Assembly (NCBI GenBank): GCA_048939765.1
Contig: JBHLPF010000030.1
Location: 3,402-47,445 of the forward strand
DNA from: Promethearchaeota archaeon
GTDB lineage: Archaea > Asgardarchaeota > Thorarchaeia > Thorarchaeales > Thorarchaeaceae
Reading direction: 5' to 3'
DNA length: 44,044 nt
Positions 28,938 to 38,269 of the stretch are shown here, piece after piece. Under the pieces are notes generated by a model that was given only the letters and a program-made list of their open reading frames with translations, had not been told where the DNA came from and searched no databases. Numbering within the stretch: the stretch's first letter is position 1; each line of letters opens with the position of its first letter. The translations under genes were made by a program, and so were the position numbers.

Positions 28938-29624
28938 ATGCCAGATTCAGAAAGTGATAGAACTGATTCGAACGATGAGTTGGGTGATGCTAGAAGGCTA
29001 TTGGCGTTAGCAGATATTGTTGACAGATATCCACAGGTTGTCACGAGAAGGGTAAATGGAATCATATACATTCTGATTGGAGGCGGGATATCATTCGCAA
29101 CGCTAGTCTTGTTCGTACTTACTGTGGTATATAGCCCACTAGCCTGGAATCCTCTGTTGAATCTAGCATTTGTCGCAGTGAGTCTGCTAATCACGTGGGT
29201 CATTTCATTTCGACTTGTCGGTCCGCTCACGAGGTCATTTCCGAAGAAAGTGGTGCAACAGAAACCGCCTATCTGGTTCTACATTATGTGGGGAGTTATT
29301 GCCGTCGTCTTGGCAATTTCATCGGTGGTTCTATTCACACAAGAGAATCAGCTGGGGTTCCCAATCGTCGTTCAGTGCGTTCTAGCATTTGGGCAAGCGG
29401 TCAACTATTACTTCTCGAGAATGGATCCGGATAAAACCGCATTCTACAAGGAGAATCTCGCCTTTGCTATTGCGGCACTGCTGTCGATCCCAATCATGCT
29501 GTTATTGCCAGAATTGGCATACCTGATTTTAATCATTGTCGACATCGGTGGAATCTATATCATCGGAGTCTATGCACTGATTACTGCTGAAAGACTCCTT
29601 TTGGAAACCACCGGGCGGGGATGA
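28938..29624 (+). CDS. Hypothetical multi-pass membrane protein (about 6 TM)
   Basis: 228-aa ORF with six hydrophobic segments; GGAGA SD; ATGA overlap with the next gene. Confidence 0.8.
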   Translation: MPDSESDRTDSNDELGDARRLLALADIVDRYPQVVTRRVNGIIYILIGGGISFATLVLFVLTVVYSPLAWNPLLNLAFVAVSLLITWVISFRLVGPLTRSFPKKVVQQKPPIWFYIMWGVIAVVLAISSVVLFTQENQLGFPIVVQCVLAFGQAVNYYFSRMDPDKTAFYKENLAFAIAALLSIPIMLLLPELAYLILIIVDIGGIYIIGVYALITAERLLLETTGRG

Positions 29625-29965
29625 CACTGTCTGCAGATAGAGACCTTCTGAGGGTACTCGCTGGCTTCATGAGCGAAGACCGAGAGACCCTCGTACCTGC
29701 CAGACTCTCTATCTTAGTATATCTCTACTTCACAGGTTCAGCACAGTTCTCCAAGCTTCAGGACAAACTCGAATTGACCTCCGGCAATCTAGCTAGTCAC
29801 CTGAAGAAGCTCGAGTCCATGGATCTAATCAAAACAACACGGGGATTCATCGAGGTGAAACCAGTCCGCTTCATTGAGATCACTCCTGCTGGTGTTGAGA
29901 AAGTGAGAGAGCAAGTCCTTAGAATGCGTGAATTGGTATCAAAGGTAGTTGAGAATGAGTCTTGA
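29621..29965 (+). CDS. Winged helix-turn-helix transcriptional regulator (HTH_34 / ArsR-MarR-like)
   Basis: PARLSILVYL....FSKLQ..LELTSGNLASHLKKLE...I ... ITPAG. Confidence 0.9.
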   Translation: MTLSADRDLLRVLAGFMSEDRETLVPARLSILVYLYFTGSAQFSKLQDKLELTSGNLASHLKKLESMDLIKTTRGFIEVKPVRFIEITPAGVEKVREQVLRMRELVSKVVENES

Positions 29966-30032
29966 ACAGGTCAATCCACAAATGCTTTAACTATTGTTAA
30001 TGATTCATGATGCACAGTGCTGAGGCTTCTAG

Positions 30033-32135
30033 ATGACAAATCAAGAGGGCAGACCCAATAGACTGAGTTCAGAGAAGAGCCCCTATCTCCTTCAACACGC
30101 CTATAATCCAGTGGACTGGTACCCATGGGGCACAGAGGCATTCGAAAGGGCTAGGAAAGAGAACAAGCCCATATTCCTTTCCATCGGCTACAGCACCTGT
30201 CACTGGTGTCATGTCATGGCACATGAGTCATTCGAGGATGACGAAGTGGCGGCGCTCATGAATGACGCTTTTGTCAATATCAAAGTGGACAGAGAGGAAC
30301 GACCAGATATTGACGGAGTGTATATGCAGGTTGCTCAGATGATGACAGGGAGTGGAGGATGGCCTCTTACAATCGTCATGACGCCTGACAGGAAGCCGTT
30401 CTATGCGGCTACGTACATTCCGAAGGAATCAAGGTTCAGACAGCTAGGAATGATTCAGGTCGTTCCAAGGCTCAAAGAGATCTGGGAAACTGAACGTGAA
30501 AATGTCCATGATGTGATAAGCCAAATCGAGGATGCACTTTCAGCTGAATCTAGTAGCACAAGCGATGTTCAAGTTGACCTAGAAACAATGGAGACCGCCT
30601 TCTCCATGTTTTTGAAAAGGTTTGACGAGAAGAGAGGGGGATTCGGCACTGCACCGAAATTCCCTAGTCCTCATAACATAATGCTGCTCTTGAGGTATTG
30701 GAAGAGAACGGGCAACAAAGACGCTCTGAACATGGTTGAAACAACGCTCAGGGAAATGCGAAAGGGAGGGATCTGGGACCACATAGGATTTGGATTCCAT
30801 AGATATTCCACGGATGCCGAGTGGCTGCTCCCTCATTTTGAGAAGATGCTCTACGATCAGGCAATGCTTCTTCATGCATACATTGAAACTTTCGAAGCAA
30901 CCGGAGATGCCTTCTATTCAGATGTTGCACAGGATATCATTCAGTATGTCTTTAGAGACCTGACCAGTCCTGAAGGTGCGTTTTATTCGGCTGAAGATGC
31001 AGATAGCGAGGGCGTCGAAGGCAAATTCTATGTATGGGCTCACAACGAGATCAAGGGCATTTTGGATGCTCAAGAATTTGATGCATTCTCTAGATACTAC
31101 AATATTGTTGAGCACGGCAACTTCGAGGAAGAGTCTACTCGAGAAGAGACAGGACTAAACATTCCACACGTAACAGACTCACTGGAAAAAGTTGCAGAGG
31201 AAATTGGCACCACTTCAGACCTACTTGATAAGATACTAGAAAATGGTCGAAGCAAAGTATTCGATGTCCGCGAGAAAAGAATTCGACCTCAACGGGATGA
31301 TAAGATTCTCACAGATTGGAATGGCCTATTCATTGCAGCCCTGGCAAAGGCGTCTCGGACTCTGGGTAATAACGACTACCTGAAGGCAGCTGAGCAGGCA
31401 ATGGATTTCATTCTGACTAAACTGAGGGCAAATAATGGTCGGTTGCTTCACAGATTCAGAGAAGGAGAAGTTCTCGTGCCTGGATTCTTGGATGACTATG
31501 CGTTCCTGGTATGGGGACTCATCGAACTCTATGAAACCTCATTCAATCCGAAATATCTGGAGTTAGCCAGAGACCTGACAAAGACACAGATTGAACACTT
31601 CTGGGACACACAGAAAGATGCCTTTTTCTTCACAGCTGATGACTCTGAGCAATTGCTTGTGCGTCAGAAAGATGCCTACGATGGTGCGATTCCCTCGGGC
31701 AACTCTGTATCCATGTTAAACCTCATTCGATTAGCCAGGTTGCTAGGGGATGAAGAATTCGAAGCGCTATCTGCTCAAATCGCAGAGCCTTTTTCAGGCA
31801 TCATCAATAGAAGCCCTACTGGATTTTCGTTCATGCTGATAGGTCTAGACTATGCTTTGGGTCCTTCTCATGAAGTCGTCATAGCTGGTGGACTCGATGA
31901 AGAAGAAACTCATAGGATGTTGGAGGAGCTGAGGAGCCGATTCTTGCCAAACACTGTCGTTCTTCTTCGCTCGAACGAGGAAACTTCCAAGAGATTGAAT
32001 GACCTTGCACCATTCTCAAAGTTCTATGACAGAGTGAACGATAGAGCTACAGTTCATGTCTGCATCAACCACAATTGCAAGCTCCCGACAAATGACATCG
32101 ATCAAATGCTCAAGCTTCTTGGGGAAGCGTCTTGA
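30033..32135 (+). CDS. YyaL / SSP411 (SPATA20) family thioredoxin-domain and alpha/alpha toroid protein
   Basis: [69 protein letters not shown] and DGAIPSGNS. Confidence 0.96.
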   Translation: MTNQEGRPNRLSSEKSPYLLQHAYNPVDWYPWGTEAFERARKENKPIFLSIGYSTCHWCHVMAHESFEDDEVAALMNDAFVNIKVDREERPDIDGVYMQVAQMMTGSGGWPLTIVMTPDRKPFYAATYIPKESRFRQLGMIQVVPRLKEIWETERENVHDVISQIEDALSAESSSTSDVQVDLETMETAFSMFLKRFDEKRGGFGTAPKFPSPHNIMLLLRYWKRTGNKDALNMVETTLREMRKGGIWDHIGFGFHRYSTDAEWLLPHFEKMLYDQAMLLHAYIETFEATGDAFYSDVAQDIIQYVFRDLTSPEGAFYSAEDADSEGVEGKFYVWAHNEIKGILDAQEFDAFSRYYNIVEHGNFEEESTREETGLNIPHVTDSLEKVAEEIGTTSDLLDKILENGRSKVFDVREKRIRPQRDDKILTDWNGLFIAALAKASRTLGNNDYLKAAEQAMDFILTKLRANNGRLLHRFREGEVLVPGFLDDYAFLVWGLIELYETSFNPKYLELARDLTKTQIEHFWDTQKDAFFFTADDSEQLLVRQKDAYDGAIPSGNSVSMLNLIRLARLLGDEEFEALSAQIAEPFSGIINRSPTGFSFMLIGLDYALGPSHEVVIAGGLDEEETHRMLEELRSRFLPNTVVLLRSNEETSKRLNDLAPFSKFYDRVNDRATVHVCINHNCKLPTNDIDQMLKLLGEAS

Positions 32136-32144
32136 GAGAGCGGT

Positions 32145-33626
32145 CTATTGCGAAGGTCTCTTGCGGATAATGACTACAACGACTACTACAAGAGCTCCTA
32201 CTGCAAAGGCAGCCAGAATCAAGTACGGTCCAAATACGACAAAGGGGTTATTGGGCCAAATATCCGCAAGCGCATTTCCAGCTGCGAGCCAAGAGTCTGC
32301 AATCCCCAATAGGTGATTAGAAATCTCGCTCAATTCAGACTGATGTGCTGTAAGGACAGATTCCAAATCCCCAGTTGAGTTGTATTCATCGGCCATTCCA
32401 ATGAAAAGTGATGCAACGGGACCTTCTTGCGCAGTTAGATTATTGGGATACACTAGTGTTGAGTTGGCAGAAATAGCCTCGAAATGCGGCAAAGCCTCTC
32501 GTCCCGCAGTCAGAAATGCCGCTAGATCAATGTCGGGCATTAATCCTGGGAGGGCTTCCAAGCCAGTCCTATAAGAGAGATACTGAAGACTAACTTGAGC
32601 TTCAAGTCCAAGCCCTAGAAACGTGAGGAGTTGCGCCTTGAACTCACGCTCACCGTCCATCCCTGTGAATATATCGAAGTATTCCGTCAGTCCCTGAATA
32701 GTAAAGTCCTCACTAAGGCCTCTAAACGCAGCTTCTCCAAACTTCCAGAGAACAGCGGTACTCGGATCTGCATAATATGCAGTTGCAGTGCCGAGTAGCT
32801 TGTCGCGGATATACTCTCCTAGGAATTTGCTTGGATTCTCCGCGGGAATGCCACCCGATTTCAATAGTACAGTGATGAAATAGCGGTCCGACCACGCTTG
32901 GATCAGGTTTGTGTAAGTTATCTTTGTATAATTGCCTCTTCCATCTTCCGGGTAGCCAAAGTTTTCCCCGAACGAACCCACCCCAGGATCGATGATAGTG
33001 GCAGATGAATCTGTGTCATTGTATCCGACTATGAGGATTCCGTGCGCACCTCCTGAAGCTCCGAGGTCTCGAAGATAATCATAATCAGCCGCGGGTAGCC
33101 ATGCGGGATTGACACTGATGAGAAGTGGATAGCCCTCATCAATTGTAGATCTCATGAGCGCTAAAGCTTCACTCTGTCCATCAAGTAGTACAGTGTGGAT
33201 TCCTCGTCCCTCCCACACTTCTACCAGCTGGTCCGCCGAGGGAGTAGAAGTATCGAAATACATTGTTAGATTCAGACCGTAGAGGTCTGCAAGAAACTGT
33301 GTGGGCTCAGCCTGCATATAGATTGCTCCAGGATAAATCAGCCATGTGTCGTTATACCTCACATATGCAAACGAAAGGCCTACACCAGTGGCAGCTAACA
33401 CATCATGAAGGTCCAAATCAACACCTGCAGCCTGAACTGCCGCAGAAGTTGCAGCCCATGCACAGAGTCCGTTGATCTCTTGCCAAACATATGGCACATT
33501 CTCAATTATTCCTTCAGAAAGTACCTTCACCTCATGATTTGGAGGAGTCTGTGCTTCCATCGATAATTGGGGCGTAAGCATAACCACTGTGATAAGTATG
33601 AGCGCAAGGGCGCCGGACCGTTTCAT
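32145..33626 (-). CDS. Membrane-anchored papain-fold (C39/BtrH-like) cysteine peptidase-like protein
   Basis: Signal peptide, VPYVWQ....LC (Cys), GAHGILIVGY (His), IIDPG (Asp), helical C-terminal region and TM followed by RKR. Confidence 0.72.
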   Translation of the reverse strand: MKRSGALALILITVVMLTPQLSMEAQTPPNHEVKVLSEGIIENVPYVWQEINGLCAWAATSAAVQAAGVDLDLHDVLAATGVGLSFAYVRYNDTWLIYPGAIYMQAEPTQFLADLYGLNLTMYFDTSTPSADQLVEVWEGRGIHTVLLDGQSEALALMRSTIDEGYPLLISVNPAWLPAADYDYLRDLGASGGAHGILIVGYNDTDSSATIIDPGVGSFGENFGYPEDGRGNYTKITYTNLIQAWSDRYFITVLLKSGGIPAENPSKFLGEYIRDKLLGTATAYYADPSTAVLWKFGEAAFRGLSEDFTIQGLTEYFDIFTGMDGEREFKAQLLTFLGLGLEAQVSLQYLSYRTGLEALPGLMPDIDLAAFLTAGREALPHFEAISANSTLVYPNNLTAQEGPVASLFIGMADEYNSTGDLESVLTAHQSELSEISNHLLGIADSWLAAGNALADIWPNNPFVVFGPYLILAAFAVGALVVVVVVIIRKRPSQ

Positions 33627-33828
33627 GTTTCGTCAATCGCTTCAGTAGCTTTCCTATCATAAGCATGTCGCTGGAGGAATAGGTGAACTATAAGATTCTT
33701 GATAGATGATTAAATTCGCACGCTTCCTAGCATTAAAGCCAATTACGATTTGCATTGAGATGATTCACATAGTCTTGCACATCCAGAATAAGTACTAATT
33801 ATGAAATAGCTGACAAAATGGGAGGAAA

Positions 33829-34500
33829 ATGAGAAGAAGGTCTATGTGCATCCTTTTTGTAGTGCTTCTTATGTCTGCCGTCATTATAGGCGGATTGTAC
33901 TTATTGATGACCCTTGAGCCTATAGTTGAGTACGATGTGACAGAGGTCATAAACGAAGACACCTATCCAGATGCGGAGAATATCTCAATCTACTACGACG
34001 TCTGCTTTCATAATGCCACCTTCAATGTAGTCAATGATCCAGGATTTATGATCAAAATCAACTATAGACTTGAAGTCCTTGTGGATGGAGCCAAAGGAAA
34101 GAACACGAATCTCCAAGTGCAACATAGTGAAAATGGGAGGGTTGTGAGTATTCAGATTCTGAAAGAGAATCCAGCTGATGTGTGTGCACTGAATAAGGGA
34201 GATGCACGCGCATTTGTCAATGTCACAATCAATAGGGCTTACACGATTGACATCGAAGCATCGGCCGGACATGGCAATCTGAATTTGACTGCAAATGGCG
34301 CAACCTTCGACAACATCTACTTCCATCATGGCATCAATTGCCCTGGAAACAACAACTTCAACATAACAAACTCAGTGGTGTTTGAGGATCTGAGGTGTGA
34401 GGTAACCACGGGCAATTTCTGGGTAAGACTTGAGAACGTAGACGTGAGAGGCACATTGACCTGTTCACCGGAGAGTAGTGGAACACTCATAATAGTATGA
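33829..34500 (+). CDS. Hypothetical N-terminally anchored beta-rich extracellular protein (adhesin-like)
   Basis: MRRR plus TM helix, then a beta-rich Asn-rich region with multiple N-x-S/T sequons. Confidence 0.7.
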   Translation: MRRRSMCILFVVLLMSAVIIGGLYLLMTLEPIVEYDVTEVINEDTYPDAENISIYYDVCFHNATFNVVNDPGFMIKINYRLEVLVDGAKGKNTNLQVQHSENGRVVSIQILKENPADVCALNKGDARAFVNVTINRAYTIDIEASAGHGNLNLTANGATFDNIYFHHGINCPGNNNFNITNSVVFEDLRCEVTTGNFWVRLENVDVRGTLTCSPESSGTLIIV

Positions 34501-34603
34501 AATCTTCAAATTTCAATTGGTGAAAACAGACTATCCGCATCCAATGACCAGAGAACAACGTTTATGCGCTTGATGAGTAGAGACGGCATGGAGCGAAGTC
34601 TGT

Positions 34604-35686
34604 TTGAACTATCACCTGGTCTTGACACGCAGATGTAATCTCAATTGCTCATATTGCCATGGCGGAGAGCAGACAGGACCGGATTCGGAGATTCAATATT
34701 CACTCGAGGAACTTACCTCCTTTTTGAAGCAAGACGATGATGTCCAACTCATGCTCTATGGTGGCGAACCCACTCTCAGAATTCCTCTAATCACTGAAAT
34801 GATGAAGCGATTCTCCAACGCCAGATTCATGCTACAGACCAATGGACTGCTTCTGAATCAGATTCCAGAGGAGTATACCAGGAGATTTCACTCAATCCTT
34901 GTGTCGATCGATGGAATTGAAGAGATAACTGATGGCTATCGCTCCAAGGGGGTGTATCAGAAGGTCATCAATAATGTCAGATGGCTGAGAGAGATTGGGT
35001 ATGAAGGGGACGTCGTAGCTAGAATGGCGGTCTCTGAGCAGTCAGATATCTATAGAGATGTCAGACATCTTGTTGAATTGAAAGATCCCTCTTTCGACCA
35101 CGTGCATTGGCAACTAAATGTTGTCTGGGATGCCGAAGGAAATTGGCATGATTTTGATGGATGGCTCAACAATTCCTACAATCCCGGAATCTCACGACTC
35201 GTTGATGACTGGGCTGCAGCCATGGAGTCAGGTGTGGTTGAAGGAATCGTTCCATTTCTGCCGCTTATGCGGACTCTGGTAACTGGCAAAGATTCTGAAT
35301 TGCGTTGTGGATCTGGTCTTGACACATTCGCGATTCACGTTGATGGTTCAATAGGAGTATGTCCCATCTCGCCTGACTGGGAATTCTCGATTGTGGGGAA
35401 CATCAATGACTCTTCACCAAAAGAACTGAGAAATGTGATGCATGTCGATGAGCCCTGCCCCTCCTGTGAGATATTCGGCATCTGCGGAGGTCGATGCCTC
35501 TTTGCAAACAAGCAAAGACTCTGGGGAGAAGAAGGCTTTACGAAGATCTGTGGCATTGTGAAGCATCTGGTCGCCTCATTAAGAAGACATGTGCCCACGG
35601 TGAAGGATCTGATTGAAGAAGGTGTTGTTTCAATCTCAGACTTTGACTATCCAGAGTTTAACAATGGATGCGAGATAATTCCCTAG
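34604..35686 (+). CDS. Radical SAM/SPASM protein, AF0577/TIGR04084-like putative peptide-modifying enzyme
   Basis: CNLNCSYC, YGGEP, LQTNG, SIDG, SPASM cysteines (RCGSG, CP, CPSC, CGGRC, C) and C-terminal NGCEIIP. Confidence 0.88.
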   Translation: MNYHLVLTRRCNLNCSYCHGGEQTGPDSEIQYSLEELTSFLKQDDDVQLMLYGGEPTLRIPLITEMMKRFSNARFMLQTNGLLLNQIPEEYTRRFHSILVSIDGIEEITDGYRSKGVYQKVINNVRWLREIGYEGDVVARMAVSEQSDIYRDVRHLVELKDPSFDHVHWQLNVVWDAEGNWHDFDGWLNNSYNPGISRLVDDWAAAMESGVVEGIVPFLPLMRTLVTGKDSELRCGSGLDTFAIHVDGSIGVCPISPDWEFSIVGNINDSSPKELRNVMHVDEPCPSCEIFGICGGRCLFANKQRLWGEEGFTKICGIVKHLVASLRRHVPTVKDLIEEGVVSISDFDYPEFNNGCEIIP

Positions 35687-35687
35687 T

Positions 35688-36197
35688 TCACAATGTATCT
35701 TCATCTTCGTCGATTGCTTCTTCCTCAATGAGGCTCTTTTCCATGGTGACGATTACTTCCTTGAGCCGTGTCTTTCGTCCGGTTTCCAGATACCCTAGAG
35801 ATTCATAGAACGATAGCTGGGCTTCGATGGCACCATAGACTTCGACTTCGACCACTTGCGCGCCCCTCGAAGCCAAGAGATTCTCGGCATATTGCATGAG
35901 CAGGGTACCAATTCGTCTACCTCTGAATTTCTCAAGGACTCCAAGTCGTGAGATAACTCCTCTATGGCCACTTAGCCGCACGCGCATCGTACCAACTATC
36001 TGGTCTCCAACAATCGCCACATATTGATCACCCATCTGGATGTGACGCGCAATCTTCGATAGACCTTCGGTAAGCGCTGCAGGAGTTCGAGAAAGCTGCT
36101 TCTTCACAGGCTTATAGGCTTCCACTATAATTGCTTTGACTAGGTCGACCTCGCCAAGCTCAGCCCGTCTTATCATCACTTCTGCATAGTCGTACAT
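35688..36197 (-). CDS. GNAT family N-acetyltransferase
   Basis: ISRLGV...FRGRRIGTLLM and FYESLGY. Confidence 0.9.
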   Translation of the reverse strand: MYDYAEVMIRRAELGEVDLVKAIIVEAYKPVKKQLSRTPAALTEGLSKIARHIQMGDQYVAIVGDQIVGTMRVRLSGHRGVISRLGVLEKFRGRRIGTLLMQYAENLLASRGAQVVEVEVYGAIEAQLSFYESLGYLETGRKTRLKEVIVTMEKSLIEEEAIDEDEDTL

Positions 36198-36362
36198 TCT
36201 GCGCGTTTCCTCACGACATTCTCTGCCTCTGTTTACATAACCACACTAACATATGAGATTTGGGGCGTACATATATTAGATTCATGTTTTAGGCTGTCGC
36301 TATCCATCTGGTCTATTTTTCTAATAACGTAGATTTCATTAGAGGAATAGGCGGTAATTTCA

Positions 36363-36857
36363 ATGGTTGCAATGGATCCTGTATTTATCCTGCCAGTTAA
36401 AGATACAGACCGAGAATGGGTACGTCAGGTATCTATAGAGCATTGGGCATCTGAGATAGTTGTGACAAGAAACAGCGTTTATCTTGTTGAGGAGCAGCCT
36501 GGGTTCATAGCTCTCCTTGAAGAGCAGCGTATAGGATTGGTGACCTACAGAATCGAGTACAATCATTGTGAGATCCTCACGTTGAATAGCCTTGTTCCAG
36601 GGAGAGGAATTGGTTCAATGCTCCTCAATGCCGTCGAGGATGAAGCTAAGAGACAGGATTGCAAGAGAATATGGGTAATAACGACCAACAACAATCTCGA
36701 GGCGTTGGGATTCTACCAGAAACGCGGCTATGTCATAAAAACAATACATACCAATGCTATCGAGAAATCTAGGAGGCTAAAGCCAGAGATTCCCCTTGTT
36801 GCAGATAACGGCATTCCAATTAGAGATGAGATTGAGCTTGAGAAATTCCTAGACTGA
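36363..36857 (+). CDS. GNAT family N-acetyltransferase
   Basis: EILTLNS...GRGIGS.LL, ITTN.NL.AL.FYQKRG and LKPEIP....NGIPIRDEIEL. Confidence 0.92.
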   Translation: MVAMDPVFILPVKDTDREWVRQVSIEHWASEIVVTRNSVYLVEEQPGFIALLEEQRIGLVTYRIEYNHCEILTLNSLVPGRGIGSMLLNAVEDEAKRQDCKRIWVITTNNNLEALGFYQKRGYVIKTIHTNAIEKSRRLKPEIPLVADNGIPIRDEIELEKFLD

Positions 36858-36925
36858 AAGGATTCACCAACATACACAGCTTTATTATCTGAAATGCAAA
36901 GAGCAAACAATCAGGAGAGGCAGCT

Positions 36926-37072
36926 ATGACCGACGAAGACAAGGATGAGGTTGTTGAGTCTCAGAAGATGAGCAAGAAAGACAAGCAGGAGCTGCAGGAA
37001 GGCGCATGCGTCAACTGTGTAGTCTTTGGAGTCATTTTCATGATCGTATCACTTCTCGCAATGGTCCTTTAG
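36926..37072 (+). CDS. 48-aa tail-anchored membrane microprotein (not in the ORF track)
   Basis: ATG 36926 after GGAGAGG with an upstream TTTATTAT box. Translation MTDEDKDEVVESQKMSKKDKQELQEGACVNCVVFGVIFMIVSLLAMVL, stop TAG 37070-37072. Confidence 0.65.
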   Translation: MTDEDKDEVVESQKMSKKDKQELQEGACVNCVVFGVIFMIVSLLAMVL

Positions 37073-37220
37073 AGAGGGGTTCAAGAACGAGGATTGAACA
37101 GGAAGAAGTTTCTAGAAAATCTCCCCGCACATTGATAGCAGAACGTATCTGGCATAGGTTTTTGTCGTATTACTACCAACATATTGCTAATAGACTAACT
37201 TGCTGTCATAGAAAATTGGA

Positions 37221-38267
37221 GTGACCGAGTTCGTGACTGATCCTGGAGGGCCCACACCATTCGATAGGAGTGAAGGAGAAAAGGCCTTTGATGCAGGGAA
37301 TGTCATAATGAGCTACACCAGGGGAGTATTGTTGCACCAGAGAATGAATCTTGATGATGCAATTAAGCTACTTGAGAAGTCTCTTTCCCTGGCGGTCACA
37401 GGTGATATGTTTGACTATGCCATAAAGGCACAGGTTCAACTTGCATCTGTCCATCTAAAGAGATACCAGATTCACGGTGATGAACGCGACTATAAAGCTG
37501 CGTACAACTACTCTGAAAATCTTACTCAGATTGCAGAAGAACAGAATCTAGCTCCAGGGATTGTTGAGGCATTGCTCCTCAGGGCAATTCTCAAGAGAAC
37601 AGCGAAGGATGTCATCGGAGCTAAGCATGACTTACTGAGAGCAAAGGCACTTGCTCTGGAAAACGAACTCACTACAGTTGTAAGTGTGATTAATCGTGAG
37701 ATAGATGAAGTGCAAAGCCTTGAGAAGACCCCTCTTGTCGTCAAAAGGAATCTATCTGAAACGCCGCAAATAGAAGAAAGCCTAGAGGAGGTACCAGGAG
37801 TCTTTGCCAGACTAATGGACATGGAGTTGGCGAGAAAGCCGATTGTAGTTCCAGTCAAGATTTATAGACTCGTTGTGATGCAGCCAAGAGTTGGGCTGCC
37901 AATCTATACCTATGATTTTGATGCAGAGATGGAAGAGGCAAGCTTTCTAGTGTATGGGCTATTGTCTGCAGTCACATCTGTTGGCTCCGAGATCTTCCCC
38001 GATGCGGGACGAATTAGATCATTGTCTCATGAAGGCAAGACCATCATTATGGAGCATCAAGGGGAGTATATGGGGGCTCTGATAGCTGAAAAGGAGAACT
38101 TCAGAGCAAGAATTTCACTCAGCAATTTCCTCAAGGGATTCAATGAGATATATCCATCTGAAAATTGGAATGGTGAGATGTTGAGTGATGAAGCAAAACA
38201 GGAAGCAGATTTCCTAATTGCAAAAACATTCCGAGATTTGGCCATTTCAGCTCCAAAAAGCGAATAG
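37221..38267 (+). CDS. TPR-like helical repeats fused to a C-terminal longin-like domain
   Basis: N-terminal TPR-like helices (DDAIKLLEKSLSLA, AKHDLLRAKALA). C-terminal IYRLVVM...GLPIY.Y.F ... LVYGLLSAV.S...EI ... I..L......II.E......ALI ... L..F...F...Y matches the Asgard longin pattern. Confidence 0.75.
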   Translation: MTEFVTDPGGPTPFDRSEGEKAFDAGNVIMSYTRGVLLHQRMNLDDAIKLLEKSLSLAVTGDMFDYAIKAQVQLASVHLKRYQIHGDERDYKAAYNYSENLTQIAEEQNLAPGIVEALLLRAILKRTAKDVIGAKHDLLRAKALALENELTTVVSVINREIDEVQSLEKTPLVVKRNLSETPQIEESLEEVPGVFARLMDMELARKPIVVPVKIYRLVVMQPRVGLPIYTYDFDAEMEEASFLVYGLLSAVTSVGSEIFPDAGRIRSLSHEGKTIIMEHQGEYMGALIAEKENFRARISLSNFLKGFNEIYPSENWNGEMLSDEAKQEADFLIAKTFRDLAISAPKSE

Positions 38268-38269
38268 AA

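Noticed and set aside
37006-37224. 72-aa + strand ORF from the track
   Set aside because: Overlaps the better supported 48-aa ORF (SD, TM) in another frame and has no features.
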